Source: Carcharhinus longimanus (Eukaryota). From it: a stretch of 57,315 bases of DNA. The notes below the pieces were generated by a model. It was not told the DNA's origin and ran no database searches. It worked only from the letters and a program-made list of their open reading frames with translations. Made by a program: the position numbers and the translations under genes. The DNA is taken from NCBI GenBank assembly GCA_030264375.1, contig JASCQW010000032.1, positions 30,356,095-30,413,409 of the forward strand, written 5' to 3'. Of the stretch, positions 12,719 to 25,545 are shown in pieces; within the stretch, counting starts at the first letter, position 1; each line of letters begins with the position of its first letter.

Positions 12719-13959
12719 TACTTGCCAAAGGTGGCAAACCTTACCTTCTGTCAGTCACTGATCATTGTAGCGTCTACTCAGTTATAATGCCAAAATAAAA
12801 GCCAGCACAAAATAAACATCCCAAAACAAATTTTGAAATCAATCATTCCCTATTGCATACAGAAGTTAACTAATTACCCTCGTGCACTCTTTTAATATGC
12901 CTTTGGTTTAGCTTTGTCTGTCCTGGTGCACACTGTGCTGGTCCAGTGACAGCAGTGTGGCTGGTGGAAAGCAACTGTCTTTTAAAAGGGAGACTGCAAA
13001 TGACTCTGCAGTACATCCCTCCAGCAGTTCTGACCTCGGATTGCTGGATTGAATGAACGACTTCAGACTGACTGGTTTTCAGGTAACGGCAGGTGAAAGG
13101 TTGAGAGCACAGATAGTGATCCTGAGGGAGGACAGTCGGTTCATGCTCCACAGAGCCACTGCTGCTTTCCCAGGATGGTGCCTTAGCACTCCTCTCAATT
13201 TTTTGGAAGAGATTGCTGGACTGCTGTGACACCCCATAAGCTCCTACCAATACTGGTATCTGCAGACATAATGGCAATAGTCCAAACGTGCATTACAGCG
13301 AGCTATCCTTGCCTGTCAGAGGCCCGAGTTTCCACTGCAGCACTCAGATATTGGGTGGTTTCTGCCTGTATTGCAATGGAAGCTGATTCATTGGCCTTCA
13401 AATGCTGCATCATAGTTGATTCTACCGGAAATGATGGGCGCCAAGCTCTTCACAGAATTGGTGCCAGACTGCTCCACTTTCATTGACATTGCACACAGAC
13501 TTTCTAAAAAGCCTGCCAATTGACCAAGTATTTAATTGTACATACCCATCAACCTTCTTACACATTCTGCCCATTGAAACCTGCATCTGTATCCTCTGCA
13601 GAAATTGTGTGCAGCTTCACCATACTGCAAGCTGGCACCTACACTATCTTTGTCCACTGACTTGGCTGCATGCTAATCATGCCCAATGTTACATCATGTG
13701 TAAATCTCACCTCTAAAATGTCATCTGAAGTGTAGTCTCAGGATTTGGGCTGGTGGGTATGAGGCTGAATGATTGTGTTTGGTCATTATCAACCTCTTTT
13801 TGCTGTTCCACTATCTGTTCTTGCACCATTGCCTGGCTAATTCTTGGTGTCTGAAAGAAAAGCACAAAAATGGGGTTGTGCTGAAGGGAGGGGCTGAAAG
13901 TAAGGGGTCCATGCTTACACTATCTACAAAGATTGTGGGATGAAAGTGAAGTAGGATGA

Positions 13960-14620
13960 GAGGAGGATTAAATATGAGAATACCATCTTCTTTTATTTTA
14001 GCCACACCACTGGCCATTGACTCAACAGTGGCTGCTCCAATGATGGCCAGCACAGTCTCCTCAATGAAGGTAAGGATATGCAGCAGTGCCTGTCCCTTGC
14101 ACTTGCTGTCTCTATTTATGTGCCACCTTGCTCTGAAAGAGAAGAAGCGTGTCTGATTGTGGTGCAATCTGATGGAATGATGTGGCTGTCAGACTCAAAT
14201 AGTTGGCAGTCTATGCAAGCTGTGAGATATCGGTGTAAAAACTGCAGCAGTGCTAAGTGTGCAAGGGTGAGTTGAAGCTATGAATGTTAAGCATTATAGA
14301 GACTGCTGATAAGCAGGTGATTGCAGTGCCTTGGAGGCTAGTGGTGCAGTTAGAATATTACATTTGAAGATACTAACACAGACCACTCACATGAGTTCTT
14401 TTAAGTTTTGAGGTACTGCAACTGGAGCTACATGAACGGCAGAGACTATCACAGCAATCCAGTTGCACTGTTTTCTGAGAGTTTGTCTGAAAGATCTGTG
14501 AATCCAGCTCTTCTCTTCTGCATTCCATTGACCAAGGTTTTCAATACAATGTTGGAAAATCTTGGGAGCCTTCTCCCTCGGGTCGTTCTTCTATCTTTCC
14601 GAGATAAGAATCGGTAATAG
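13960..14620 (-). pseudogene. Harbinger Myb/SANT-like DNA-binding protein relic (two exons), convergent with the transposase
   Basis: RRLPRFSNIVLKTLVNGMQKRR (exon 1); tctctttcag acceptor followed by KVAH...GQALLHILTFIEETVLAIIG (exon 2). Confidence 0.75.
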
Positions 14621-15039
14621 AATGACTTCCAGCACAAGCCAGAATGTACTTCTCCTTTACGGGGCACAGGCTGACTTTAATTAGTGCCAGCCAGCAATCT
14701 TGCATAACTATGGTCCCTTGCTAAGGCATGCAGCCACTCAAAAGTGTGGTTAGCAGGGCTGCGTGCTGTGCTTATGTTAATTAGCTGGCAGCATGAAGTT
14801 GGTGTGCTGCGTGTGTCGACAGCTACAGGCAGACAATTGCCATGCCCAGAAAAAATTTAATCAGAGCTGTGTCATACAGTGAAACTCAACTATGGTAAAT
14901 ACAATGGCCTTGCAAATACTGGGCAAATGTCACATACTCAAATGTAAGATGATTCAGCAACACAGGAGCGGTGTCATGTGATTGAATGCCATGTGATGAA
15001 ATGATCAAAACTCCAGAAATAAATCAAACCAGAATTGGC

Positions 15040-15560
15040 AGCCAATGGAGCACTAGGAGCAGAGTAATGAGATTTTGGGGGTATAGTTGCAGGGGTGGGA
15101 GGGGTTTATAGAAACAAGAAGAAAGGTGACCATGTAGAAATATAAAACAAGGACGGGAATTTTAAATTGAAGACTTGGGGGTTCATAAACCAATGTATGT
15201 CAGCAAGGACTGGGTGATAAGTGAGTGGGTCTTGGTGCAGGGTAGAATGTTGTCAGAGGTTTGGATGGGAGTGTAGTGGTTGGGAAACTAGCTAGAAGAG
15301 AGTTGGAATAGTTGAGTCTGAAAGTTTCAGGACTACGACAGTCAGAGTGGGTGGAAGAAAGCAGTTTTTATAATGGAGAATATAATGTCAGAAACATAGC
15401 AATGGGTTGAATAGAATGCTTAGGTTGCAAATAGTCTGCTTCCACCTGACAGTGACAAGGGAAGCGAATGAAATCAATGATGAGGATATGGAGTTTAGGT
15501 GGGATTCCAAGAGATGACTTTGGTCTTTCCAATTTTTATCTGATAGTTTTCATTATACTG
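15040..15560 (-). mobile_element. Highly degraded L2-like LINE relic
   Basis: Purine-rich plus strand with recalled L2-type blocks (aattttaaattgaag...ccaatgtatgtcagcaag). Confidence 0.4.
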
Positions 15561-16089
15561 AAATCTGTTAGAAAGACTGCACTGTATGAGAAGAATTTAA
15601 TGTCCTCCCTGAGGCAGGTTGGAGTCCCTCTTATCTTCCTGCCTCTGCCCCAAGTAAGTCTGGAGTGGAATAGCTTGTGGGTGACCTTCGCATCACCTGC
15701 CAATTGAGACCCTTAAGCGGGTAATTAATTTAATGTCGTTCTCTGATTAGCTGGCAACTCTGGATCTGTGATCCTGGAGAAGGTATGTCGCTGGCCATCT
15801 AAGTGGTTGATTGGTACTTAATACCACGGGCTATCACCAAAGGCAGCAAGGCAGGGCTCTGAGGCGACTGCACCTGGATTAAATTCTACCACATATACCA
15901 CAATTGTCTGCAAAATAAAAAGATTTATAATTGAGCATTTCTTTGAATCAGATCACACTGATCCATAATAGTTCCATTAGGATCAGCTTAGCAGTGTAAC
16001 AATAACTTAATTATGAAATTTTGATTGAAATATTTTAAATTGAAATAAGGAGTGGAACTGTGGTTTTGAGACTGTGTGTAGTGGTGGCT

Positions 16090-16726
16090 GACTCTGGCAG
16101 TGCCTTTCCTGCTGGCCAGAATGGCAGGATCCCACACCATATTCTGTATTTGAAACTTCATGAAGTATGCACAAGCAAGTTCCCCTCAGAGTCAGCTGGT
16201 GGCCCAGCAGCTGATTACTCTCCCTGCCATCAGCTGATGGCTTTAAAGGTCCTGGCGCCACATTTAAACACCACCCCTGCACTTGTATCACTCTCTTCAG
16301 CCCATCTATCTTCACCAGACTGTGTAGGATGTCAGCAATCCAGATGGCTTGGAGGTAGAGGCAGGAGCTGGTCTTTCCAGCACATCAAGAGCAGTGCAGT
16401 ACTTTGGCAGAGAGGCTTTGTTGCACTTATCTCAAAGGCATACTGAGGACTGCCTTGTATACATCACTCTCATGCAATCCAATTTTAGACCAACATAATT
16501 TCACGCTGGTGTAACACAAGATTGGAGGGCCTCAAAGGATGTTAGTGGGCAGCTATTTTAATGAGCATCCATGAGATGTAAATGGCTTTCCCACCACCAG
16601 ACAGCAGGAAGACTGACCCACCATTGGGAAAATTGTAACAGATTTCTAACTGCATGGCTCCTGCTAAATTTTGTGCTCCCGATTGGCACCAAACCCACTA
16701 TGGGCAGGATGGGAGAATTTCACCCA
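16090..16726. mobile_element. Harbinger-derived non-autonomous remnant
   Basis: Ends in gagaatttcaccc (TIR-like, compare 12130-12141); GC-richer interior. Confidence 0.4.
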
Positions 16727-17029
16727 AGGACTGCAATTAGTTGCAAAGGCAATAAGTATAGCAGATCAATCGAGAGAGACTTAAAACTTAAAATCAATCA
16801 AGTAACATTGATCACAGNNNNNNNNNNTTTAATATTTTAAGAATATGAAGATAACAAGTGGAAAAACTGAATTTGCCAAAATAACCAATGTCAATCCAAT
16901 ATAGCAATTAGAACCATAAAAATACAACCTCAGCAAAATGACGAGAATGAAGGATAATACTGTAATCATATGTTAAAAGATAAGAATAAGTCCAATTGCA
17001 ACAAAAGTAAAATACTACAGATGTTGATA

Positions 17030-17220
17030 AAATCAAAACAAAACGTTGCAAATACTTAGCAGGGCAGGCAGCATCTGTGAAGAGAAACAAAGATAATGTT
17101 TCAGGTTAATGACCTGCCATTCGAACGTATGATGACAGGTCATCAGCTAGAAATGATAACTCTGTTTCACTCTCCACAGTTGCTGCCTCTCCTGCTGCAA
17201 CTTTCCAGCATTTTCTGCTT
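17030..17220. mobile_element. Penelope-derived inverted-repeat (hairpin) element
   Basis: Left arm agcagggcaggcagcatctgtgaagag...tttcaggttaatgacctg mirrors right arm caggtcatcagctagaaa...ctctccacagttgctgcctctcctgct. Confidence 0.65.
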
Positions 17221-18027
17221 CACCTTCAATAATAAAGTTGCAAATCAGAAAGCCAGGATAACAATAGCTTTCCATATCAAGAATCTGAAAAATGAACTAC
17301 AACGTAATGGACAAAATGGAACAGTTCACCTTTTTCCACCCTACATACTCTCACAGACCATCAAGGAAATAATAGTTGCAGGGAGAAAAAAGGAGTCTAA
17401 CAAATATCACTTGAAGAAGACCATATCTAGGGAAGAAAATGTAATGGAACTAACCCTTTTTTTCTCTGTGGNNNNNNNNNNNNNNNNNNNNNNNNNNNNN
17501 NNNNNNNNNNNNNNNNNNNNNNNNNNNNNNNNNNNNNNNNNNNNNNNNNNNNNNNNNNNNNNNNNNNNNNNGAGAAAGAAACCATGTGTAGAACTGGAAA
17601 CAGGATTACATGGAATACCTGATCTGAAATCCACAAAAGAATGTTTCTGCAACAGATACATAAAATTTGGTTACAGATCTGCTCTTTGTTTTTCTGGGAA
17701 ACACGACTGATCTCGGGGGATGGATTATGCTGTTGAAAAGGTGTACAATTTCTGTATGAGAATACTATATAAATGTAAACCACTTCAGTTTACAAATCTG
17801 ATAAACACTAAAGTCTCAGTTGGTGAGATTATACAAAGTTCTGTATCTTAGCTGCAAGTGTCATTCTGTTTCTGAAGTTATTTCTAAGAATTGAAGATAC
17901 AACACAGAAGTGTATGGTGTATTTTGGTGTATTTATATTCAGTCCTAATTGCTATGAGGAGTTTAGAAATGGAGTTCATATAATGAAAGAACTTACCTTT
18001 AAAGAAACAACATTTTGAACAGAATAT

Positions 18028-18033
18028 TTTAAT
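18028..18033 (-). promoter_or_regulatory. Candidate PMS1 polyadenylation signal (ATTAAA)
   Basis: ATTAAA ~160 nt past the stop, followed on the minus strand by a GU/U-rich tract (tgttgtttcttt). Confidence 0.4.
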
Positions 18034-18194
18034 TTTACAATTTGTTGAATTCAAAAATTAAGAAGAAATTGTGCAACAAAGCTTTCACATGGTGTGTTTT
18101 TTGCTTACATTCAAAAATTTTGATCCCTTCATCTCTAGACTGCATTCTCAGTTGTAGCAATTGACATGAGTCAGCTCTGCTGTTCTTTGTGCCG

Positions 18195-18359
18195 TCATTC
18201 AGTTTCTGGTATATTTGCTAAATGATGAAAAAATGGACGGTCATGAATGCAACTGCTGCAGTCTTTTCCCAGCTGTTGCTGCATCCTTAACATTGTATCT
18301 TCCATGTCTTCCCTTGAGAAATGCAGAGGTAACTGTCGAGCCAGACGAACAGCCTCTCC
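18195..18359 (-). CDS. PMS1: PMS1 last coding exon
   Basis: cttttctgaag acceptor; GEAVRLARQLPLHFSREDMEDTMLRMQQQLGKDCSSCIHDRPFFHHLANIPETE*, matching the human C-terminus GEAVRLSRQLP...CVHGRPFFHHL; 165 bp. Confidence 0.95.
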   Translation of the reverse strand, partial: GEAVRLARQLPLHFSREDMEDTMLRMQQQLGKDCSSCIHDRPFFHHLANIPETE

Positions 18360-20149
18360 CTTCAGAAAAGTGTAAACCGATATATTTTAATAAGCATGTG
18401 AAATTATAGTCAATTTATTGTGATCTACAAGCTTTGAGTAGAGTTGTGTTACGCATCAAATACACATTCACAACATTAATATATATACATTTGACCCACA
18501 CATCCTTCTTTCCTTTTCCTCCCTCACAATCTTTAGTCTTTTGCCTCTTATGTGCTGCAACACAATACTTTATGAAGATGTAACAGTCCATGAATAGGAT
18601 TATTAATTCCTCACTCAATTATTTTTTACAAAGCTTCAAACGACTAACTGATGGTACGTAATAAAACAGAATAGATCATGTATTCACCAGGTGAGGGAAC
18701 TGCAGTTACCAACCTGCACCCTATCACTCTGACACATATCAACATGCCAATCATTTTGTCACACAGATTTCCAGTGTAAGGGTCACTTTGCTTGAAAAGC
18801 TGCAGTGTTCCAGACTTGTCAGAAAATAATTTATTTGGCTGTGTCCCAGTCTGATATATTGGTAGGAAATATGGAACTGGAATTAAAACATTTACTTCTT
18901 AGCTTCACCATCACGAAGATGTGCAGAACAAGCAGGTTGTGTACACACTTCATGGACTGTGCTCTTTGCCCTAAGTTCTGGCTCTGTGACTGGCAGGAAC
19001 GATGGGGCAAAGGACAAAGGTCAAGAGCACAAGTACACAAACCAGGCATTCCTGAAACTGGTCTCAGTTTTGAAAACTTGAATACCTTCATAATGGAGTG
19101 TATGGTAAATTGCATAACGAAATACAAAGAATAGATTTAAAAACATTTGGCCATAAACTTTAAAATTAACTTACTGCACCAAGTTTGCATAGCAAAAAAA
19201 ATTAAAAGGAAATATAATTTAAGATATTCAATATTATTTTTAAGAATCAATATATTGACATTCACTTACTGTAGGCAAATGTTTTATTCAGTGAACCATA
19301 ACTCTGCCTTACAAACAGAATCATAAAATTAAATTTAAAATTTGCATATATCATTCCATTGAGACAGTTATCTTTATGTTCCTTTACCCCATTTCTCAAT
19401 TCTAGGTTGCTGACAGTCCTCTACTAATACATTCAATAGGCCATTTCTTCGGATAAATCTGGAACAAAAATATCAGCATACAAGTACCACCAAGTCTGGT
19501 CCAGCTGAAGCCTGACATCCACCCATATAAACTCACTTTCCAGCAAATATCTTTGGAGAATGGAGGTAGGAAATTTGCACAAATTTACCCTTTCGTTTTC
19601 TGATAACTACAGTATCTTTTGTCAATATCCTGGTCGACATCAGTTAACTAATTATATACTAGGGATCAAGTTTGCAGTTACGTTACATAATGGCAAACAT
19701 GATTGATGGACTGCACTAATTACCAGCCTAACCTCATCACCTGTCCATAAAGTAGCCTTCTTGTGCGAAGCCACAATCAGGGATGAGGCAAGAGATGGCA
19801 TGAGAGGAAAAAAAAGTGGAAAAAAAATGTGCCAGGTATGGTAACGGAAATACCTCAGATCACAACAACATATTACTGGTGAGCAGCGGATGCCAATCAG
19901 GCAGAAAGAGACGGCTCAAGGGTTCAGTGACAGCGAAACTGGCCTCCAGCATCTTAGCAGCACTCCAAATGAGTTATGCAGACAAATTTTTATTTCAAGC
20001 CACTTCAGATGCATAGTATTTGAAAATTACCATTTGCAACTTTATACAAAAGCAAATCATACTACAAGGGAGTTTTGTATATGGTTGAAATTTTTAAATG
20101 TCTCTTGTAGATTAAGTAACCTAAAGGTGCTTCAGTAAATGTACCAGCC

Positions 20150-20210
20150 TGGATGTGGACGTGCCGGCGTTGGACTGGGGTAAACACAGTAAACACTGGG
20201 GTAAACACTG
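20150..20210 (-). mobile_element. Penelope terminal fragment with a small tandem duplication
   Basis: gccggcgttggactggggtaaacacagt matches (reverse complement) the ends at ~40910-40945 and ~51485-51520; actggggtaaacac occurs twice. Confidence 0.6.
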
Positions 20211-20702
20211 TGTTGACCCAGCCTGGAGTACCATTGCATTGTACTCAGGTTTGTGTCTGAAACTGATCATATTTCTCAACCTCAGTTTCAGCTATCAATG
20301 ACAGAGTAGAGGCAATGAATTTCCCCCGAGGAAGGAGGCAAAAATAGAGTGAGGAAGACATTCCATTGCTTATGAGCATTCCCTAGCTGCCAAGTTACAT
20401 AGGGCCATGGCTAGGAGCATATCAGAACTCCCTCCCCCGTCTTAAAGAAATGAAGGAACCAACGCAGGAGAAAAAGTTAAACACCACATATACTTTTTTT
20501 TTTGAAATAAGACAACTTTATATCACAAACATCTAATCTTATCTAACGTCAGTGTGAATAAACCAATAAAAGTGGCTTCATAGCTTGAATTTATCCTGTT
20601 CCATTATCATCAGGATTTTCAATCTAAAACATGTTGACTTCCAAGATGATCACCTGTTAACTTGATGTATTACTTTTGGGGTGTTTTCCACAATTATCTT
20701 AC

Positions 20703-20863
20703 CTCCAAATAATTTACAACCTTTAGAGGTCTGCATTGGGATACACTCTGGGCATTTTTATTTAAAATCGCATTCAGAATTTCTCGCAAGTCTGATATAC
20801 CATAGAAAGGTAAACATCCAGCCATTTCTTCAATTTCCAAATGATGCTCTGCTGTTGAAGCAC
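20703..20863 (-). CDS. PMS1: PMS1 penultimate coding exon
   Basis: AG/GT flanks; (G)[53 protein letters not shown]; 161 bp; phases fit neighbouring exons. Confidence 0.95.
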
Positions 20864-23418
20864 CTATCCATTAAAGAGAGAAAGGACAATTTTAAATTTG
20901 ACAGAATTTTTAACATGTATTAAGTATTTGCATGACATGCAAATAAATAATTGAATACACTTTTAAAGTGATTTAAATGCTAAAACTTAAATAGTGTTAA
21001 CTTAAGAAACTTTCCTTCTACACCACAATAAACTGACAAGTACAAATGAGCTCTGTTTTGAAATTGAAGTGCTATAGCTATTTCAGCTTAAGTTAACTAC
21101 AGCTGCAAACCTTTGCAAGGTTTATCAAAAGTTGCCTCAGGCTCTGACTTGCTCCTTTTGTTAACAATTCCCACATGGCCTGAGTGACATTTGGCAACCT
21201 CTCGGGGATGGCAATACTAAGCAGATTTAAACAAGGCAGTGTGTCTTTCCCCAAGAAAAGGAATCAGTTGTCAAATATGTTTAATAACAAATTTCATCCA
21301 GGGTCAGTGCCTGCATCACCCTGCACAAGGAGCAAGCCCCAGTGGAATGTGTGAGTGACGTATTGCTGAATTGCACATATATGTTATAGAAGATCTTCCT
21401 GGCAGGGACACTGAAAAACCATCATCTCAGCAAGAGGAAAATAAATCTTCACATCATGACCTTTCTTGGAAATAACCATTCTGTTTTAAACAGTCTCAAG
21501 TGGAAATGTTCGCTAGTTCCATCCACTGAGAGAATCTACTTCCATTAGTAAGATTTATATTGGGTAACATTTTTCTTTCCCTATTTCTATTTTTTCTGTC
21601 ACAGAAAGGCTCTTTGTATATGAGGCTTATAACAAAATCAAATCATTTGTGCAAAAATTTAATATTGTTCAGTGTCAAAAGATTGCAATTTAACTCAGAA
21701 GTTATGATTCTATGCTGGCAGAAGTCAATTTTTCTTCTTTAATGTTTCCTTCAAAACAGAAACCAGCAAAGGCAATCAGATAATAACTTCTGTCTGTACT
21801 AAAAGAACCAAGTTTAAATAACGTGTCATTTCCTTCGGTATCCCCCCTTTTTATTAACCCATTAAAGAGAGAGAGATGAATACAATCCAATATCAGAACA
21901 TCACCAGTGGATGTGGTCAGTGATATTCCTGGTTAGTCCACCAGCAGGCGCACTTAAATGGTTTCTCTTACTACCCTTTTACTTCAGGTTAGAATTTGTC
22001 AGAATTAACGGAAGTCGGCAACTTAAATTTAAACGGAGCTGATTTGAAAGTTCTGAGTGGTTTAAAAAAAGCTACATTCAATAACTAAATCAAACCTCAA
22101 AATAGGAATTAAAAAACAATGCCAGTGTGGAATCTACATTGTCCAAGGTGCAGTCTTACAAATTATTATGGAGACAAATATTTTTTGTATAACACCAGCT
22201 GAATCTTGGTTTTGTCTTTTGCTGACCGAGTATGTACAAATCATATATCGTTTACCGAACTTTGCTTAAAACATCAACTTCAAAACCACGTGTTAAGATC
22301 ACTAATATCTTCTTCAAAAATGTTAAATATGGTGTGTAGATTATAAGATTCTAAAAGTGAGAAAACTGACAATCTTTCAACATTTGTTACTGGGAGATTA
22401 ATGCAACGCAGTTTCCATAAATGGAAATGTTTGTGCTTGTGCCAAAGGCCAAAATTTAACTTTTTCCCCCAGGTGCACAGCTTTGGTTTGATGTGCTGTC
22501 ACCGCAAATCTGCTGCAAAGGTTAGACCCCTAAAATTTTTTCCATGTGAGGAAGGTGTGCCTGCAAAAAAACTCATGCTCTTTCTTGCACTGACCAGTTA
22601 CTGACACAGCAAATCTGTCAGAGTAATTTATTGCCATTATTGGGTAGAATGCCTTATCTCTGACACATTTTGCATGTTTTATGGATGATTATGTAAAGTA
22701 TAGATTGCTGGTGACCCAAAAACTGCATTTACCAGTAAGAAGGTCATGACAGAGAGTGCCTTTACACCTCATAGCTCGTTTTAGTACATATGGCTTAAAT
22801 ATAGTTTATTAGGCTAAAGTAACCTTCCAGTTCTTACCAGCTGGTGAAAAGTACACAAAAGATTAGGTTCTTATGAAAATAACCAAAAAATGAATCCCAG
22901 CTTTACCATCATGCACACAACTCATAGATGGAGTGCTTTGGTACAAGAGATTTGAACAATGGCTTAATATTACTAACTCATATTGTTTGTGATTCTTTAC
23001 CTTATCTGAAACTTGTAGTTACAATATTGGTTACTTAAAATAATAAATATTTGAGTAGGCAGCTCATTGCATTCAAACACAAAACAAAATGAAATTACTA
23101 CAAAGTTCTCTCTAAAAGGAGATGCTGAAGCTATCCCCCAAAGGATTTTAGGAATTTATCCATCTCATTTCTCCATACAAAAGCCAATCTTTGGATCAAA
23201 TATACAAATTAACCAAAGATTTGTAAAACCTCTAATTGCACAGTTATAAATAGATGCATTGCGCCTATAATTCCAGACATTAAACAAAACAGAATGTTAT
23301 AAAACAATTAAGTCCTTTCATGGAAATAAAAGGATTTATTCTCTGAATTTTATGTTATTGCAATATTTGGTTTATTTTAAGAATGACAACAGAGTTGATC
23401 CTTATGTTTACAACATAC

Positions 23419-23549
23419 CTGGTATTAATTGTATCTTAAATCCATTAAATACAAGTCTGGGATCTGTAAAATAAGTTATCCCATTCAATGTTGTGCATTT
23501 CTGTTGCATTTTACAGAGACCATCAATATACTGGGGTCCACCAAGCAGG
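23419..23549 (-). CDS. PMS1: PMS1 coding exon
   Basis: tttttcag acceptor and gtatgt donor; (S)LLGGPQYIDGLCKMQQKCTTLNGITYFTDPRLVFNGFKIQLIP(G), like human YLSDPRLTANGFKIKLIPG; 131 bp. Confidence 0.95.
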
Positions 23550-24129
23550 CTGAAAAATATTAGACAACTGGTTAGTCATAGCAATAATAAGTAGTCAAAT
23601 GCAGTAGTTAAACTGGTATGATAGTTTTATTAAATTCCTAACATCAGTTTGCAACCATCACTGTTTAAGCATTTTTAATAGATGTAGTTGGAAATGAAAG
23701 AAGCAATGAGAAAGGAAAGACAATGAATTCGGGAAAAAAATCTAAAGCTGATAATATTTCAAAACTATAGCTAAAGTTCAGTGCTGTTTGAATTAACAAT
23801 CACTGTACTAACTTCATAGCAAAATCTTTCCTTATAGGCAAGGAAGTAGTACAGTATTGTTTTGTTGCCCTGTAACACACACAAAGTTTAAATAAACTAA
23901 GCCTGCAATTGTTAAGGGAAGCAGACTCCGAGAGAGTATTTAAAATTTTCTTCAATGCCTTAATTATAGCATATATTGAGCTGAAAATAATCAATGAGAA
24001 TTCAAGAGTTACAAAATTGATAAGTCATTATTTTCAGGGAGAACTAATACCATATTGCACAATTACTAAATTTTCAAAATTATTGATATTAAAATCCTTA
24101 GATTTTAGAAAAGATTACATTTACAATAC

Positions 24130-24606
24130 CTATTAGTTAGAGCTATTGGTGCATCAAGGGTCTCAGTTTGAAAAATGTGATTCTCCATCAGTCTTCTAAA
24201 CAGTAGAGTTTCCTCCACCCGAAATGGATTTAGCAACATCAGTTTACTTTCAGAAGCAACTATCCATCCATTGTAAGAAGTCAAGCAATTAATGAGATGA
24301 AGTCTTTCAGCACCTGAATCATGGCTTTTGGAAAGTTCTTCAAGCCGTTTTTTTAAATGGCTTAAAGAAAATGGAACATCTATTGTCTTACAAGGTGCTT
24401 CCAAGTTGCTTTTTTTATGGATTTGTGACTGGAAAAGTTTATCCAAAATTTGCTGGTTTGAAAGTGGTGCATTGTGGCACTTCTTAATAAATTTTGTTGC
24501 TGGGGCCAATTTTGGTTGTTTCTCTTCTTCACGTGGATTTCCTTCCATTGCTTTTTTTAGCTGCAAGTTGTATCTGTCTAAGTCCTTTGCAGCTTTTTCT
24601 TCATAC
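24130..24606 (-). CDS. PMS1: PMS1 coding exon (end of HMG box, start of C-terminal domain)
   Basis: cctttag acceptor and gtattg donor; YEEKAAKDLDRYNLQLKKA...LLNPFRVEETLLFRRLMENH...PIALTN, like human YEEKATKDLERYN...[20 protein letters not shown]; 477 bp. Confidence 0.95.
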
Positions 24607-25309
24607 CTAAAGGAATATTGTTCAATTTAAATACTTGAATGAAAAATATACAAAGGTTCTATAGGGCCAATTATGCTGCACATTTGGATGCACTCAAAAT
24701 CACTTCTTAGTTGATCCCAAATGCATAGCATAAATTGACTTTTGGCCCAGAGTGCAAGTCCACCCCAATAAATAGGTGTCACACTACTTTGGCTCCAAAT
24801 TGCAGACAGCGTAACAGCAAACATTAAATATTTCTTTTTCAATGTTGTTGAAACCAGTAAATCATTTTCAATGGTGGAAAATTTTAAATCAAGGTTTGAA
24901 TTTTAACTAAGTCAAACAGAACAAAAATTGTTATAATTGTAACAAAACTTGTAATTAACAAGAATCCATTACATTTAACTCAAATTGATTTACTTAGGAT
25001 AAAGAAAACCATGGGATACAAGAGTCGTGCAATTCCCAATAATTGTAATACAAGTTGAGGTGGGAACAGAATTAAGTGTCTTCTGCTAGGGTGGGATGGC
25101 TGGCCATGCATGATCTCGCATTGGACAATTCATTACATACACATGCACAAGTAACCTGGTGAGATGTACAGTGGGGTGAGCAGGACGTTGTTGCCCCTGT
25201 TGTTACCTCAGGGGTTTGAAGGTCTGGGCACCACATTTAAAGGGCACCCAGAGAGGCATTCACTCACTGCAAGGCGGGAACACCAGTCAGGCTGTCATTC
25301 CAGAGGGGG

Positions 25310-25545
25310 AAACCTACTGGAGATAACAAAATGTTGCAGAGCAAAGGAGTGGCCCCATGCTTCAGAGATGTCTTGCTGCAGGTTTTTCTCCAGGCCATTT
25401 GGGAAAGGCAGAAGGTCCTGTTCCCCAGGGATGGCAGCAGGAGGACCTCCATCTGACCAAGGCGGCAGCGCAGGTTAATGCGATGATGCCCACAAACAAA
25501 CCTGGGTGTCGTGTCACAAAGGATGAATGATCTGTTGTGCTCTGC
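25310..25545 (+). pseudogene. Harbinger Myb/SANT-like ORF relic
   Basis: Decayed APxF..., gtcctgttccccagggatggc (VLFPRDG) and aggatgaatgatctg (RMNDL) blocks. Confidence 0.65.

Noticed and set aside
17125-17160. Hammerhead in the 17030-17220 hairpin (also ~44660)
   Set aside because: Core is mutated (ATGATGA here; a deleted base at ~44660) and stem II is poor, so it is unlikely to be active
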